A DNA stretch of 64,000 bases from Trichoplax sp. H2 (Eukaryota). The translations under genes were made by a program, and so were the position numbers. The notes below the pieces were generated by a model, which ran no database searches, was not told the origin of the DNA, and saw nothing but the letters and a program-made list of their open reading frames with translations. Of this stretch, positions 1 to 12,951 are shown in pieces. Every line of letters begins with the position of its first letter. The first letter of the stretch is position 1. Location of the stretch: the NCBI GenBank assembly GCA_003344405.1, contig NOWV01000109.1, positions 1 through 64,000 of the forward strand, given 5' to 3'.

Positions 1-169
1 GGTTCACTTATGTCAATGAGACTAATGGAGTTACTATTCCTCTTGACGAAAAGAGATCGTCAGCATTTACAGTCATAAAGTAGGTAATATCAGGGAGGAT
101 AAAGGAGGATAAGCCTGTCAGTAGGCCGGTAGTAATGTCGTTCTCTGCAGTAAATTACTACGAAATTGA

Positions 170-2318
170 CTATGACGCAAGTAGAACTTGTTCGTGATAT
201 GAATTTTGTGTCAAAATGTCTTCAGATGTTGTCAGCTCGATATCGCATTGATCATTTAAGTTACCGAGAACAGAAATCTACATTAGCTACTGATGTTTGA
301 AGGCCATAGATGAGTGATAACATGCAAAATAAATAATCTGAGGTATCTACTAGGTGAAGGTATCAGGCGCAAATTTTCATGAAAATCTGTACCCATCATC
401 AAATCAATCAATTTAGGGTAATGGTAAAGGTAACTTGGTACCCACGGTATTTGTTTCCGATGAATAGAATGATGATGAATAAACGCTACGAATCGCAGTT
501 TATAGTATGCACAGTATTACAACTTTTATTGTTGAATTGCAGCTTATATCATAGAGTTCAAGATAGAGAAGAAAGACTTTTATCTTTAGGCTTATGTCGT
601 GAAGGCTGACGACGCTAATCAACCTGCACGCACAACATGTACGAACAATAACTCGAACACAATTTATTGTTTTAGAGGCGGACAGAATTGATGGCATTAA
701 TAGTCAAGTTGCCAGTATCGAATGAGTTTACATTTCTTCAATCGTAAATTAGATGTCCTTCAAGTGTGTTGTAGAATGCACAGGATCACGTAGATAACGA
801 TCGTTGAGAGCTTGAGATAGATCGCTCGCCATTGGAGTATAGCACTACGTGTAATCGTGTTGAAAAAATTGAGTTGTTTATGTAAACTGGGCCGGAGTTA
901 ACATGACACCGTTTAGTGTACTGTACAGTAGTGTATGTACACACCGTTGGAACATGTCGTATTATTAACCGTTTTGAAATGTAAACAAATTTCTTGGACA
1001 TCAGAATAAGAATGGAATAGTTTGCTGAATACATTATTTCTAATGACTAGAATGTTGTAATTTTCTAGTTTAACCAGTAAAATAGTGACGGATAAAAATG
1101 GGAGGATCCCTCACGTTCTATCGTTTTTGTTGATTTCAACAGTGCCGTTAGGGATTGTTTTGGAAATGCTTTTCATTTAATATTGATTAGTGGAAATAGT
1201 TTAGTAAAGTATTTAAATTGTAATTGTGTTGCGGCTTTGTTGCCTAAACAATACTAGTCTTAATTATTGACATGATGTTCGCTAAGGCTAAGTTGAACAA
1301 GCAACTCCATCATTCGACATGTTGATGATGTCTTTGAGAACTTGAACATTGTACTACAGTCCCACTGTATCTTGAACACGATAATATAAAATAGACGCTT
1401 GTCGAAGCACAGTATTAGTACAGTGCTTACTATCATTGGTGCATAATTGATATATAAGCAATTGCTTCAGCGTTTCAATGCTCGCATATTTATTGATTTT
1501 GTGACTTTACAAGTTTGGTTAATGATCGTAAATACGAATTGGAACTTCTTCCTGTACAAGTCCCAAGTCCGAAGGGCAGTTTACTGCGTGCTGTGCGTAC
1601 TGTACACAGTGCACAGTCTAGTACTGTACTGTACAGTACAGGTTCTCTACTTGTACACTGGTATTAGTACAGTCAGTACTACGCAGTACTGCTCAAAAAT
1701 ATCAAACTGTAGTCTTTTGTACTAGTTTCGTGTGCGCAGGCGTATTCTATTTTGGTATGAAGTAGTATTTTAGAAAGCTTTTGTTTCGTGTAGCCAATTG
1801 GATATTAGAACATGGATTGTTTCCTTCCTCAATACTGAATGGTCAAAAAAAAGAATTTGCGGCCCGGGGACCCCTCTTACTGTACAGTGTATAGCGTACA
1901 GTACTGTGTACTGTACGTTAACAGGTACTGTACAACTGTACTGTACACTGTACAGTACAGTACAGTACAGTACAGTACCACGGAAGTACAGTACAGTGTA
2001 TACGAACAGGATACAGTACTGTACTGTACAGTATAATAATAGTATCCAGTACAGTATAATAACTGTACAAGTTTAAGTATACTGTACTGTACGGTATAAC
2101 AATATTGTACAGTGTACAGTACGATGGACTGTACGCTTACAGTCTATGTATCGTAGAGGGTCTCTAGTGTAGTATACTGTTGTATACAGTACAGCATAAT
2201 GTACTACACGGTACAGTAATCGCAGACCTTGTACAGTACTGTATAGAATAGAGCGCCAGAAATGAATCGTTTTTCGCGGCATTAATTAAGGGGTTAAAGC
2301 ATTAATTAAGGGGTTAAA
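170..2318 (+). mobile_element. Probable decayed piggyBac-like DNA transposon (right end), transposase disrupted by stops and frameshifts
   Basis: Ends in GGGTTAA (piggyBac-type terminus plus TTAA), present twice as a 20-bp tandem copy gcattaattaaggggttaaa at 2279-2318. Fragments resembling piggyBac transposase motifs occur in the expected order on +: PTVFVSDE (~441-464), AYIIEFKI (~542), VGTCRIINR (~946-972, compare GTVRxNR) and IIGA*LIYK (~1432-1458, compare NAYILYK). Similarity is weak and the left boundary is undefined. Confidence 0.4.
1590..2245. repeat. Low-complexity TACAG/CTGTA (gtactgtac) simple-repeat field
   Basis: Dense tacag/ctgta pentamers on both strands, including a pure run tacagtacagtacagtacagtacagtac at ~1951-1978. 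This explains the YSTVQ/YCTVQ ORFs in the track. Confidence 0.9.
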
Positions 2319-3950
2319 GTGCCTTTTCACATCAGTTCGCCAAGCCTTGAAGCATCATGGAGACCAGCAAAAAATGCAAAACGATTAAGGTACAGTAGAA
2401 GCAAAATGATGTATGCAGTACAAATAAATACTGAACCCGCTGTTGTCTCTTGCTTTACTGTTTTCGATGATAACAAATGGCTTATATTGGATGATTATCT
2501 TTTATCTACTGGACTGGAGATAGCGTAGTCATCGAAATGGACTACATAGTGCAATGATAGGGCTTGATACCAACATTGATTGCAGGAAAAATGGATAATT
2601 TACCCTCGTGTAGTTTCCTTGCTCCATTTTTGCCTACGATCAATCTATCCTTTTTGGGGACTGTTGCATACGCTAGTGTATGAAGGTTGATAATGCATTT
2701 TATTTCTAAAATCATCTTACTTCAACTGCTATCGGAAGGATGATTCAAGACATATCCAGTAGCTAAATTGGACATCTACATCTGCATAAAATTGATCTAA
2801 TTTGTACAGTAAACTGGTGATAGTAGGATACCATAAACCATTGCTGCTTACGTAATGATGGACAGGTGGTAGCATTAGAATACTTTGCAATATCTTAGCT
2901 AGTGTTGTATAGGGCGTGCCTGAGCACCATTGATCAAGTAGATTTTTTCCTGTTGCTGTGACAAACTACAAATTGTTCAGTATAAATGGCCCTACCAATG
3001 CAGTGCTGCAATTACGATCGTAGTATGAAATACTTGCCCAAATTAAGCAGTATCACAGCTATGGCAAAATTGCTAATACAGTATCTGCCCTCAACACCAA
3101 GCGACTCCTACCACTCATAAACCAATGAAATATAGCAATTAGACCTGACTAGCAATACAGTCTATTTTCATCTATTCATTAAATAATTATTACCAAATGC
3201 TATACTGTAGTACGATACGGTACAGTACAGTAGTACAAGCACAGGCTATCAATAATATATTTCATTTAGGGAAAATGAACGATATGCCGCTATATTTGAA
3301 TTAGAAGCAGTAGTTTTCTCGTATTGGTCGAAAAAATGACATCTTTCATAATATGAAAGATGTAGGCCAATGATTATGCGAATATCCTTATCCAACCGAT
3401 CGAATTATATAATTATTTACAAGGAATGAGCTCGGTCGTAGCTTCGTAAACAGTATAAAATCAAATTCAGTCAGGTTTGCAATTTTCAAAAGTCCACAAA
3501 TATTGACGTACGTATATGCCAAACCAACCATCAATGAGGTACCATACCTGACAGTTCGTTGAATTTTGCTCAGTTTGCAGCAGGTATGAATCAGTATGAA
3601 AGCGACAGCATATAAAATGGCTGTATAACGTGCTTAATCATTATTATCTAGTTCAAGTTAGATTAATGATAAACCATCATTCCGTTTTATTCATCAAAAC
3701 ATTTTTTTGAATACGCTAGATGAGTCGAGCATTTCTTTGTTTACTGGGTTTATTATCTTGATTTGTAATATGAATGAAAAGTGTTAATTGCATTGGTATT
3801 GTATCATCGTAGAAAAGCGTTCATTCATATCGACATTTAACAGTAACCTATTATTTCGTACTCCTTCCGCTCCTCATCAACACATAGTCAGTTTTCATGA
3901 ACAATAATAGCACGCTTTGTTGCTCACTGACAGTTTTCTTGATGTTACAG

Positions 3951-5364
3951 ATCACAGACGATCAACAAGAATATCCATTGGACTTGTTTTGCATACCGCC
4001 TCACTATAATACCGCTTTGGAATCAGTTTTGATACCCAATGGCATGATCCTTGATAGGTACTAGTAGTTGTTGAGTATCGTTGGTCATGCTGGAAAACTT
4101 GTAAAGATCGAATGGAATTGTTTCCTATTTGTCTCTTTAGAGTTGCTCGCATGGCAAAGGATATCATTAACGATTTAGACGACAGATCTATGCATGTACT
4201 CTGTATGCTTAAAGGTGGATTCAAATTTTTTGGTGATTTAGTCGAGTGCATGGCTGGCAACAACAGAAATACAGGTTGAACTAAAATCTACGTGTTATTA
4301 TAACCGTCTGATAGTGAATATGTCTCACTGTAAATACATTAATAATTGATTGACAGCTAAATCAGTTCGGATTGGGGTTGATTTTATCCGCTTAAAGAGT
4401 TACGTGGATGATAAGTCTACCGGACAAGTGCAAGTTATTGGTATAGACGACTTGTCTTCACTTACTGGCAAGGTAATATGATCTTGCTAGATTGAAAAGT
4501 TAATTGTACAGGAAGTGTATTGAGCATACGATCTCTTTGTTTTCGATCTTTTAGAATGTGCTCGTGGTTGAGGTTTGTTCTAAAGCTACTGACTTATAAT
4601 AATCAATGTTACAGTAGGCGATTATTAACTAAAGTATTTATTGCGATCGGATATATTAAACGATATTCCGTGGTAGGATATTGTTGATACTGGTAGGACT
4701 ATGAAGAAACTGCTAGGATTACTCTCAGATGTTAAGCCTAAATCGATTAAAGTCGCCAGGTAAGATATTTGCAATTTTATTTCTCTTCCTATTCTGCCGT
4801 ATAAAGATTGCTTATGGCTTTACTCTTTGGATTACGTTTAAATTAGCTTGCTTGTGAAGCGTCGAGAAGGATGCCTATACGTGCCAGATTGTAAGCTGCG
4901 ACATATATTATTATCGCTCTTACAAGAAAATATCCTATTATAAATATTGTACATTTTAGGATCGGATTATAGCTGATGTAGAGTTTATATTTCTTTTAAT
5001 ACGCTTTGATAATGATGTCTTTGTAATAGATGCTGGATTTGAAGTACCTGACAAATTTGTGGTTGGCTATGCTCTGGTTTGTGAAGATTGATTTGACACT
5101 ATCTTAGTTAGAGTAGTATAGTTTTAGCAACGCTGACATTAAATTAATTCACTTTCATTTTTAGGATTACAACGAATACTTCCGTGATTTAGATGTAAGT
5201 CTAGTGATTGTAACTATTTTTCTATAAATTCGTTAAAATTAGTTTTTTCAATTACCATTTGAGTGATAAGTTTTGATCTAATGTTATTCGTTTTATTTTA
5301 TTATTATAAGCATCTCTGTGTAATGAGTGAGTCTGGGATAAAGGAGTATGCTGTTCAGCAGTGA
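3951..5364 (+). CDS. HPRT: Hypoxanthine-guanine phosphoribosyltransferase (short first coding exon not located)
   Basis: GT-AG exons: 3951-4057 ([19 protein letters not shown]...GMILDR), 4141-4273 ([15 protein letters not shown]), 4357-4472 (VDFIRLKSY...LTGK), 4555-4572 (NVLVVE), 4677-4759 (DIVDTGRTM), 4847-4890 (LLVKR), 5030-5076 ([14 protein letters not shown]), 5165-5194 ([10 protein letters not shown]), 5311-5364 (HLCVMSESG...stop). The PRPP-binding motif VLVVEDIVDTG is intact. Confidence 0.96.
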
Positions 5365-7002
5365 CCTGCATCTGAGCCGTACTTGGATCTAGTTCATTTA
5401 GCCATTCTAGATAGTCTTTAAAAAGACATTGCTTTAACCATCTCCAAAATTACCTTTGTAATTTCGGTTGAAACTTATGTGCTCGAGATGTTAGTGATTA
5501 AAATACTTTTAACATGGTTTGCGATAATTGCTGCTCAAATCGACTGTTTTACTGATGCTAACAAGTACAGCATGTTAACTGATACTGTAGGAGTACTATG
5601 TTTATTAAAGTGACATCGTGACCTTTATGATCAATTTTAATGGTGTGATTGTTCTTTTAAGAAAATATTATTTATAACGATGCGTTCCTTTGTACTAGCG
5701 TTAACAAGTTCAATGCACCCAATAAATAGAGAAAGTTGAAGTTTCGTTGATGCTCCTATTTTGTAGTATTTATGTGCAAACAGTTGGCAATTTCTAATAG
5801 ACGAAAATTCGCGTGCTGACTTTAATTTCCCCATAAGTAGTTTATAAATTCAATTGCTTGTATGAAAACATTTTTATAATATTGTATTAGTTAGTATGTC
5901 TTACAAAAATATTTGTTATGCTGTACTAAACATCATCTTATCAGTACTTCATGGTTGTTAGTACAAAAGTCACCGTTATGGTATTTCCTCTATAGTATTA
6001 CATTAATGTCCAGTCAAATGTTTGAAAGCGCATGGTTGAATTAGTAAGCATAAACGTTAATAAGTTTTACTGTAGCGTAAATCTCTTAATCAAATTGCCC
6101 ATTTTTATTATATAAAATACACACAGCGTTTTAGTATATTTATAAGTACGCTAATCAGTTGACTTCGATTCTGGAGGATCGAAATACTAAACAATTTCAA
6201 ATTCGTATTTGATAATGCAAAAAGAAAATCACAACAAAATGATAAACAGACATCATATATCTATTGTACTTTTAAATGGCCACTATCAAAAAGTTTATTG
6301 TTTTCAATTTTGTATTAAATAGAGTATAAATTAAAGATGGTATTAACCAACCGAGATGATGCATTCTCACGAAGGATAATTTTGTATTAACCGTAGTTAG
6401 TTAAAAAGGACATCACGATAGCGGGACGTTATGATGTGAGCATGCCATGGATAAATGTCCTATACCAACAACATTATATTATTTTAAAGTATCTGTTATC
6501 ACTATTTATGAAGCCCTTAATTCAATTTAATGAGTTCAGAACAGATTTAGAAGTAATTCATTGACACTCAGAAAAACTTCAAATAATTTTGATGATATAA
6601 TTAATGATGCAATACAGCAACAGTAACCATTGGCAATCCACTATATTAGGCGATATCTCAAAATTGTTGTTTTTCTTTTATATAAATGAGTAGAACTCCA
6701 TTTATCATTGCTGGATATTTTCGCAGATATTAAACAATGTAAATTTAGCCATAATTTTAGTACACTACGCGTTGACAATGATATATGTCTAGACCAGAAA
6801 AAAAGAACGAAGCAACGGCCAACAAGAGAGAATAATGAATTTTGTAGATTCAGGGCCGAAATAAAATTCCAATTTCTAGTTTTAAAGTCATAGATCCAAA
6901 CAAGTTCTTATTTTTATACGTATATGTCATAATAATGTTTGTTACTCCATATGTCTAATTATAATCAACAAGGAATAGAATATCATTCCGGTATACATGA
7001 TC

Positions 7003-7729
7003 TTAAAGTCTTTTATCTCTGTTGGCCTTTGGTAGCGGTCTATATTGAGATTTGGCTTCAATTGATTCATATCTATTAGGCTCTATTGAATGCCTAGGAG
7101 AATGAGGCCGAAATTCCATTTGCTCCATTTGCTGTTGTTCATATTGAGACATACGAGATTGAGGATATTGCAAGTGTGGTGGAGATTGATGTGAAGGATA
7201 TTGCCTTAATTGTACTTCAACCTGGCGAGGATCGTGATAAGGTGGTTGTGGATAGTTTGGCCTGGGAAGATATTGTGGTGGTGATCTGGTTGCTGGATGA
7301 TCTCTTTCATCTCTTAAACCTGGTCGTAAATGACGCTTTTCTTGTAAACGTTTTAAGCGGGTAGCTTGTGATTCAGGAATACGACATCTTACAAAACAGC
7401 TAATGACAATGACTAGAATTAAAAGAAATGATCAAAAGTAAGTAGTGAAATTTTGATTAAGTCTAATAATTATCCACTATTTTTATAGGGTGAAATTTTT
7501 GTAGAGAAAACATGCCACTTATGCGAAGAATTGGCTCTAATGTAATAACGGATATTGATTGATCATTAATGAATCGTTTGTCTTCGAATATACCTAGAAT
7601 GATAAGTCCTCCCAATGACATTGCCATAATTTGCCATACTCTTAAGACTCCAACTTTACGATCAAGGAAGCCATCTGTAGTTGTTTGAGTAGTTGTAATA
7701 GCTCTCTTCGGTCGAATATTGCATTCTCC
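7003..7729 (-). CDS. TMIE-like single-pass membrane protein (last two exons; 5' signal exon not located)
   Basis: Exon 7729-7594 reads GECNIRPKRAITTTQTTTDGFLDRKVGVLRVWQIMAMSLGGLIIL. After a phase-1 intron, exon 7412-7003 reads VIVISCFVRCRIPESQATRLKRLQEK, then a Pro/Gln/Tyr-rich tail ending RDKRL*. The TM region resembles TMIE ([30 protein letters not shown], recalled). The ORF track misses this gene. Confidence 0.72.
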
Positions 7730-10700
7730 CTAGAGTAGCAATAATGAATAGGATATCAGTAATACAATATTACAGAAGTTCAGAACAACGACGATTGCTT
7801 AACGTGATAGAAAAACATACTGATTATCCTAGGAGACATAACATCATTAACTACTGCATTTTAAAATATAAAATAACATTACCTTAATTAAACTAGTTTA
7901 TTCTGTAACTAATGTAGTTAAAAATAGTTGAAAATAATGGCTACAGACAATTTAATCTAGCTTAGCTTAATCAAGATTATGATCGCCAACTGTATTTGAA
8001 GCGTTATTAAAATTATTAAATATTGTAAAATATATTTATGACCTAGGATGTTGCGACTGATGAGGTAGAATTTATTATACTGAAAAACGGATCGTTATTT
8101 CATTAAATGTAGTACATGAATTAATTGTGTGCTATTCTTTTAAAAAAATAGTATATTAAATAAGTTGTAAATGGTATGCATGATATATATAATCTTTAAT
8201 TTAATAAGTTGTTAAAGTGGGGTCCGACATAGTTTAGAAGTTGATTGCTATTCTACTTATTTGAATTCATAAGTTTCCGTTCACTTATGAATACTGTCTG
8301 ATAATATAATCTAAGATGCGTTAGTCTAAAGCTAACTATTATTATCGGTTTTATTTTAAGAAGGATTCCAGAACTACCATAATTTCTAATCTACTGCATA
8401 GTATGGCTATTAAGTTTTTATAACTGTAAAAGACGAGATTCAAGAGTCTGATTCATTTTGGATGAGAATAGGCTATTATTTTATCAATTTCTGCACAAGG
8501 GTGTAAGGTTACATTTAATTTAAGATCAGGTTGCCTTAGGCTAGATTGTGATTATATCAACTTAAAAGTTTAACAATTGAGGTTGTATTTGAATAGCAAC
8601 GAATTTTACGTTTGTATAGCTTTAATCAAATTATCTAAACAGTGGTAAGAAACTTTGAAACAACAATTAATACTATAATTTATGTAGTATAGTTATCACG
8701 ATTGGTAAGTTAACGGGTACTAAGAAGGCGATCTATTGCAATAAGATAGGCAGGGTGAAATGATGTCGATTTTTATGCATTAATTTATCGTCTTTTTCTC
8801 TCAAATTTCAAGAGGTTAGTTTATAAAAAAATATCTTTAGACTTGGATTACTTGTATAAGAAACGATAAGATTTCTTAATCATTAAAAAGCGTTTCGGAA
8901 TCTTGGTTAAATTTTTTGATTGCACAGCGCAAGAACTAAGTAAATGTAGCAATTATTATCCTGAAATGTAACGGCATTACGTGTCCCACTAAGCTATAAC
9001 AGAAAACTTTAGAATTTAAAACTGTAAAAGATTTCGTAGACAATCTCTATTAATTTTAGAATTCTTAATTAACTTATGATCTTGTCTGATTATGATACCA
9101 GAGACTATCAACTAAGTACTGAAATGTCTAGGAAACTATTTGTTAATACCGCATATACCCCATAGATTTATTTTGATGTACAGTATAGCCATTCGACAAG
9201 TGCTTTTAATCTAATGGTCTTTGTCCCAAATAAGAATAAATCCTCTTGGTTATTTTAGATTTTCTTACGCTATGTCTATCCATCCTTAAGCATTCAGTAG
9301 AAGCTGATAAGTATCTACTGTTCGTATCAGAGATTTATGTGGTTTTATTGCTACTTCATCATTTTAATGTAACTACGTTGGGCCTTTCTAATTTATGGAG
9401 ACATTGAAGACGATATGAACTAAAAAATGTATTTGCAGTTAACAAGCATGAAGGCTTATCTACTCTTTTCGAGAAAAAATAGATATATAGTAAGAAATCA
9501 TAGACTGATTTGTGAATTAGACTAACAAAATTTATGCAACTGTAATAATTCAGTTAATCAGTAAATATTCCTGCGTTAATCCACCGTGCAATAAAGAGTA
9601 AGGAAGTAAAAAGAAGAGGAGACTCAATTTTAACCCTTTAATCGATAAATGTACAGTACAGTAGAATAATCATTAGACGGGACAAGGCTAAAAACAAATG
9701 GAATATAAAATAATTTCATCAAAATTTCAAACATAAAGTTCGTTTAGAATGCTTAAAAGTGTGACTGAAAAGGCTATGATGATCGTTATTATTCAAAATG
9801 GCGAACATCGGATTGTCTAAAACGGATGTAAACTTTATCAATCATTTTTTAATCCTTATCTTATTCTTGTATCACTTACTTGTTGGGGATAAATTAGTAA
9901 TAACACGGCAACTAGGTAGAATAGATAACGGATTAAAATAAGTTGTTGCTTTGAATTCATTTCTTATCTAAAAGCGAAATGGAATGATTTAACTTCGATC
10001 CAGTGGAATAGCTGAAATAATTTTTCTACTTGACTGTAGTTTACTTTCTATCCGAAACAATATAATCTAATGAGGAAGCCTTCTATGAAGGAAGTAGAGC
10101 TGAAAGCCTTCAAATTAATATAGAAAAGAATCTATAATCAGTATTAAACAATAAATGATCATCTTTATTGACGGTAAGTGGCAATTACGACTAGTGGCAG
10201 AATTGATTGGCAGTACTGGGATGGGTGAGAAGATCAATGGCCCTTTGCATTGATAATAGACTTGATGATTATTTATGTCGGCATGGGGTTTGTTCTTGCA
10301 CAATCAGTAATTCATAAGAATAACTCGATGTCAATCAAATCAATAGATGCAATTTTCAATAGGATCCTTTGCTGTATAAGATACTATATTGAAACGCAGT
10401 CATTTTTTCAAATTAAATGGAAATAATGACGTCAAGAAATTTTTTCACGTCCGTAGCTATTGACGGCTATTACAACATTTACAAGGGTATGCTAATGATA
10501 TGAGCCAACCAATAAGGAGAATTTGCATTCATTTGTTGGAATAATGATTGCTTCAAAATTGATGGTAGAATTTAGTATTAGCTCTTGCTAGATTGAAATG
10601 GTTAAGAAAACGATAATGGATACTTTAAATGGATATGGTCATGATACTATCAACATTGTGATTCATTAGTCGAGAGAAATATCAATCGAGCGGTTTATAG

Positions 10701-12951
10701 AAGATTAGAATGAAAAAAATTTATTCACAAGGCATACTCGTACATATCTGCAAAAGGCTTGATCAATGCATAAATTTATTAGTAGGACTTGTGATTAAGA
10801 GAATCTTCTCGTAATACTCGAAATCTTCCTAGGAGGCCATCAATAAATAGGTGAATTTTAAAGATGTCAACTTAGTATAGCGTTCAAGAAATTTAGTCTA
10901 GGCCTAGCTAAAAGGTCTATCAACGTGTTCCTATTTATTTCAACTTATAGTTATACTAAGCTTTATTAGCTCAAGAAGAAAGAAATTTTGCATTAGGTAT
11001 TATTTTATTGATATAATACGGTAACTGAGAGAGCTTAAAAAAGCTCAATTTTGTAATATAGCTTCTCAAACAATCCAAAATAAGTAATGTATTCCTTTCT
11101 ATTTCTATCCGTAGTCCATCAGTGTTTCGCCGATTAAGCATTGTAAGGGAGAAAATTGGTTGAATAACTGTCTGTACCTGCCTGTATTGCAGTTCACAAA
11201 TGCAATCTAAATTAAGCAATAGGTCCGATTATCTGTTCCTTTCTATTTCTAATTACAACCTCTTTTAGCTATTAAAACCATGCGAAAAAAGGGAATCTTA
11301 AATTATTAACTTATTCTAAGTAAGCTTCTTAATAGTGTATTCGATAAGCAGGAAAATTTCAGGTACATTCATAATGTAGAGTAATAAAGCTAAAGTAATC
11401 ATTTACTTTTCATTTCTACGCGTAAAATGTAGGTTGATGTTTACTAAAAAGACCATACGTTTTATTAACATTGATAAAATATTTTACGCCAACTTAAAAG
11501 CTTGAGGGTATAAAAATAATCTAATTTAAACAAATTTTGATTATCAATGTCACAGTAAATCTATTTTGTTTCTAACGTCCGTTAAAAGCAAATAATTGAT
11601 TTCTGTGTAGCTCCTACTAACTTTGTGTATCATCGAAAAGACAATTACAGCTGACGAAGTAGTTCGGAATCTACCTTAAATGGCAGCTTAGTACTTATTT
11701 CATGCCTTATAGTTGTACCGAACAAATCAAGCTGAATATAAATAGTAGCTAAAGGAGGTGAAGGAACATGCAATAAGACCGATAGTGAACATATTTTAAT
11801 GATAATCAGATCATTATTAGTTAATATTTACCATTTTAAATTAAACCTAAACATTAGCCAGGAACTGGCAGCAAGTAAAAGTGAAATAAGCTTAGTATTA
11901 TTGTATTAAAGTATCGAAAGATCAAGTCCTTAATTCATAGTTAAGGCTCACACATCATGATTCAGATTAAACAAAAAATAGTTACGGCGTATAAAAATGA
12001 AAGGTGAAATCAAAACAATATGTTAATCATCATCTTATATCAACAATAGTGAGTAGTGAAAATGGATATGAAGAAGAAATCAGGTAACTCAACTTAAAGC
12101 AAGTAGGAAAAAATACCACGAATTTAAGTTGATTTTTATTTATGAAATAATGGATAAAATACTGCCTAAGATTTCATTGAAGGATTCTCTGAAATTACCA
12201 ATTGATTTAGATTAATAATTGTCTAAATATCAAGAATAAATTGTGTATATGCATTCATAAAATATTATGTTACCGGCTTGCCTAATGTTTACAATGATTT
12301 TAATGCGTATTCAGATATACATGTAAAAATTATATGCTTATTCCAATTTTTACGTAAAAAAATCTTGCTTTCAGTCTAAACTTTTACCAGTACCAATATT
12401 CAATATCCATAACCAAGTTATTAAGTAAAATTACGTTAAATAATAGAATTGCAACTATTAATGTCAGTCGAAGGAAAGCAAACTTACTTTAGTTTCTGAA
12501 GTATTCCTTTTCCATTATTAATTAAAAAATTCTCATGTCTATGTATGCATAGGATTAATTTAATAAACATAACTAATGTGGTGGTGACTTAGCATTCTAT
12601 TTAGCTTCTTCATCGCTCTAGCTTAATGAATCATAGGCTCTTGTATCAAGAACCATTCATTAATTTGGTTTTGATCCCATACTTGCTACTTGTGCAACAA
12701 TCAATTTTCTGTTTCATATCTGGACTGGTCTTTTTTACATTTTTCCGTAGGTTTATATATAAAAAATCGTCGAAAGAATGCTACCGATGAAAGACTAATC
12801 GTTAGTTTGTTCAATAAGTTATACATTTAGATAGCTAGGTACTAGCGACCTGTGATAATTACAAGATCGTTTTGCTGATTACAGTAGTCTTTTTGAATTC
12901 TAATAACGATTAATATACGAATCAAATATGTTTGGCATTACTTCCCAACCG

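Noticed and set aside
1447-2282. ORFs rich in YSTVQ/YCTVQ
   Set aside because: Mostly translations of the TACAG repeat, open on both strands.
2319-3150. Exon-like stretches (minus strand FVTATGKNLLDQWCSG..., plus-strand ORF 2319-2528)
   Set aside because: I could not splice them into a stop-free frame or recognise a family. They may be a pseudogene fragment.
3952-4263. 103-aa minus-strand ORF
   Set aside because: Antisense shadow of HPRT exons.
7176-7364. Val/Asp/Leu-rich plus-strand ORF
   Set aside because: Antisense to the Pro/Gln-rich tail of the TMIE-like gene.
7740-12900. Candidate first exons for the TMIE-like gene (near 7820-7855 and 8044-8080)
   Set aside because: No convincing ATG plus signal peptide with a matching splice phase.
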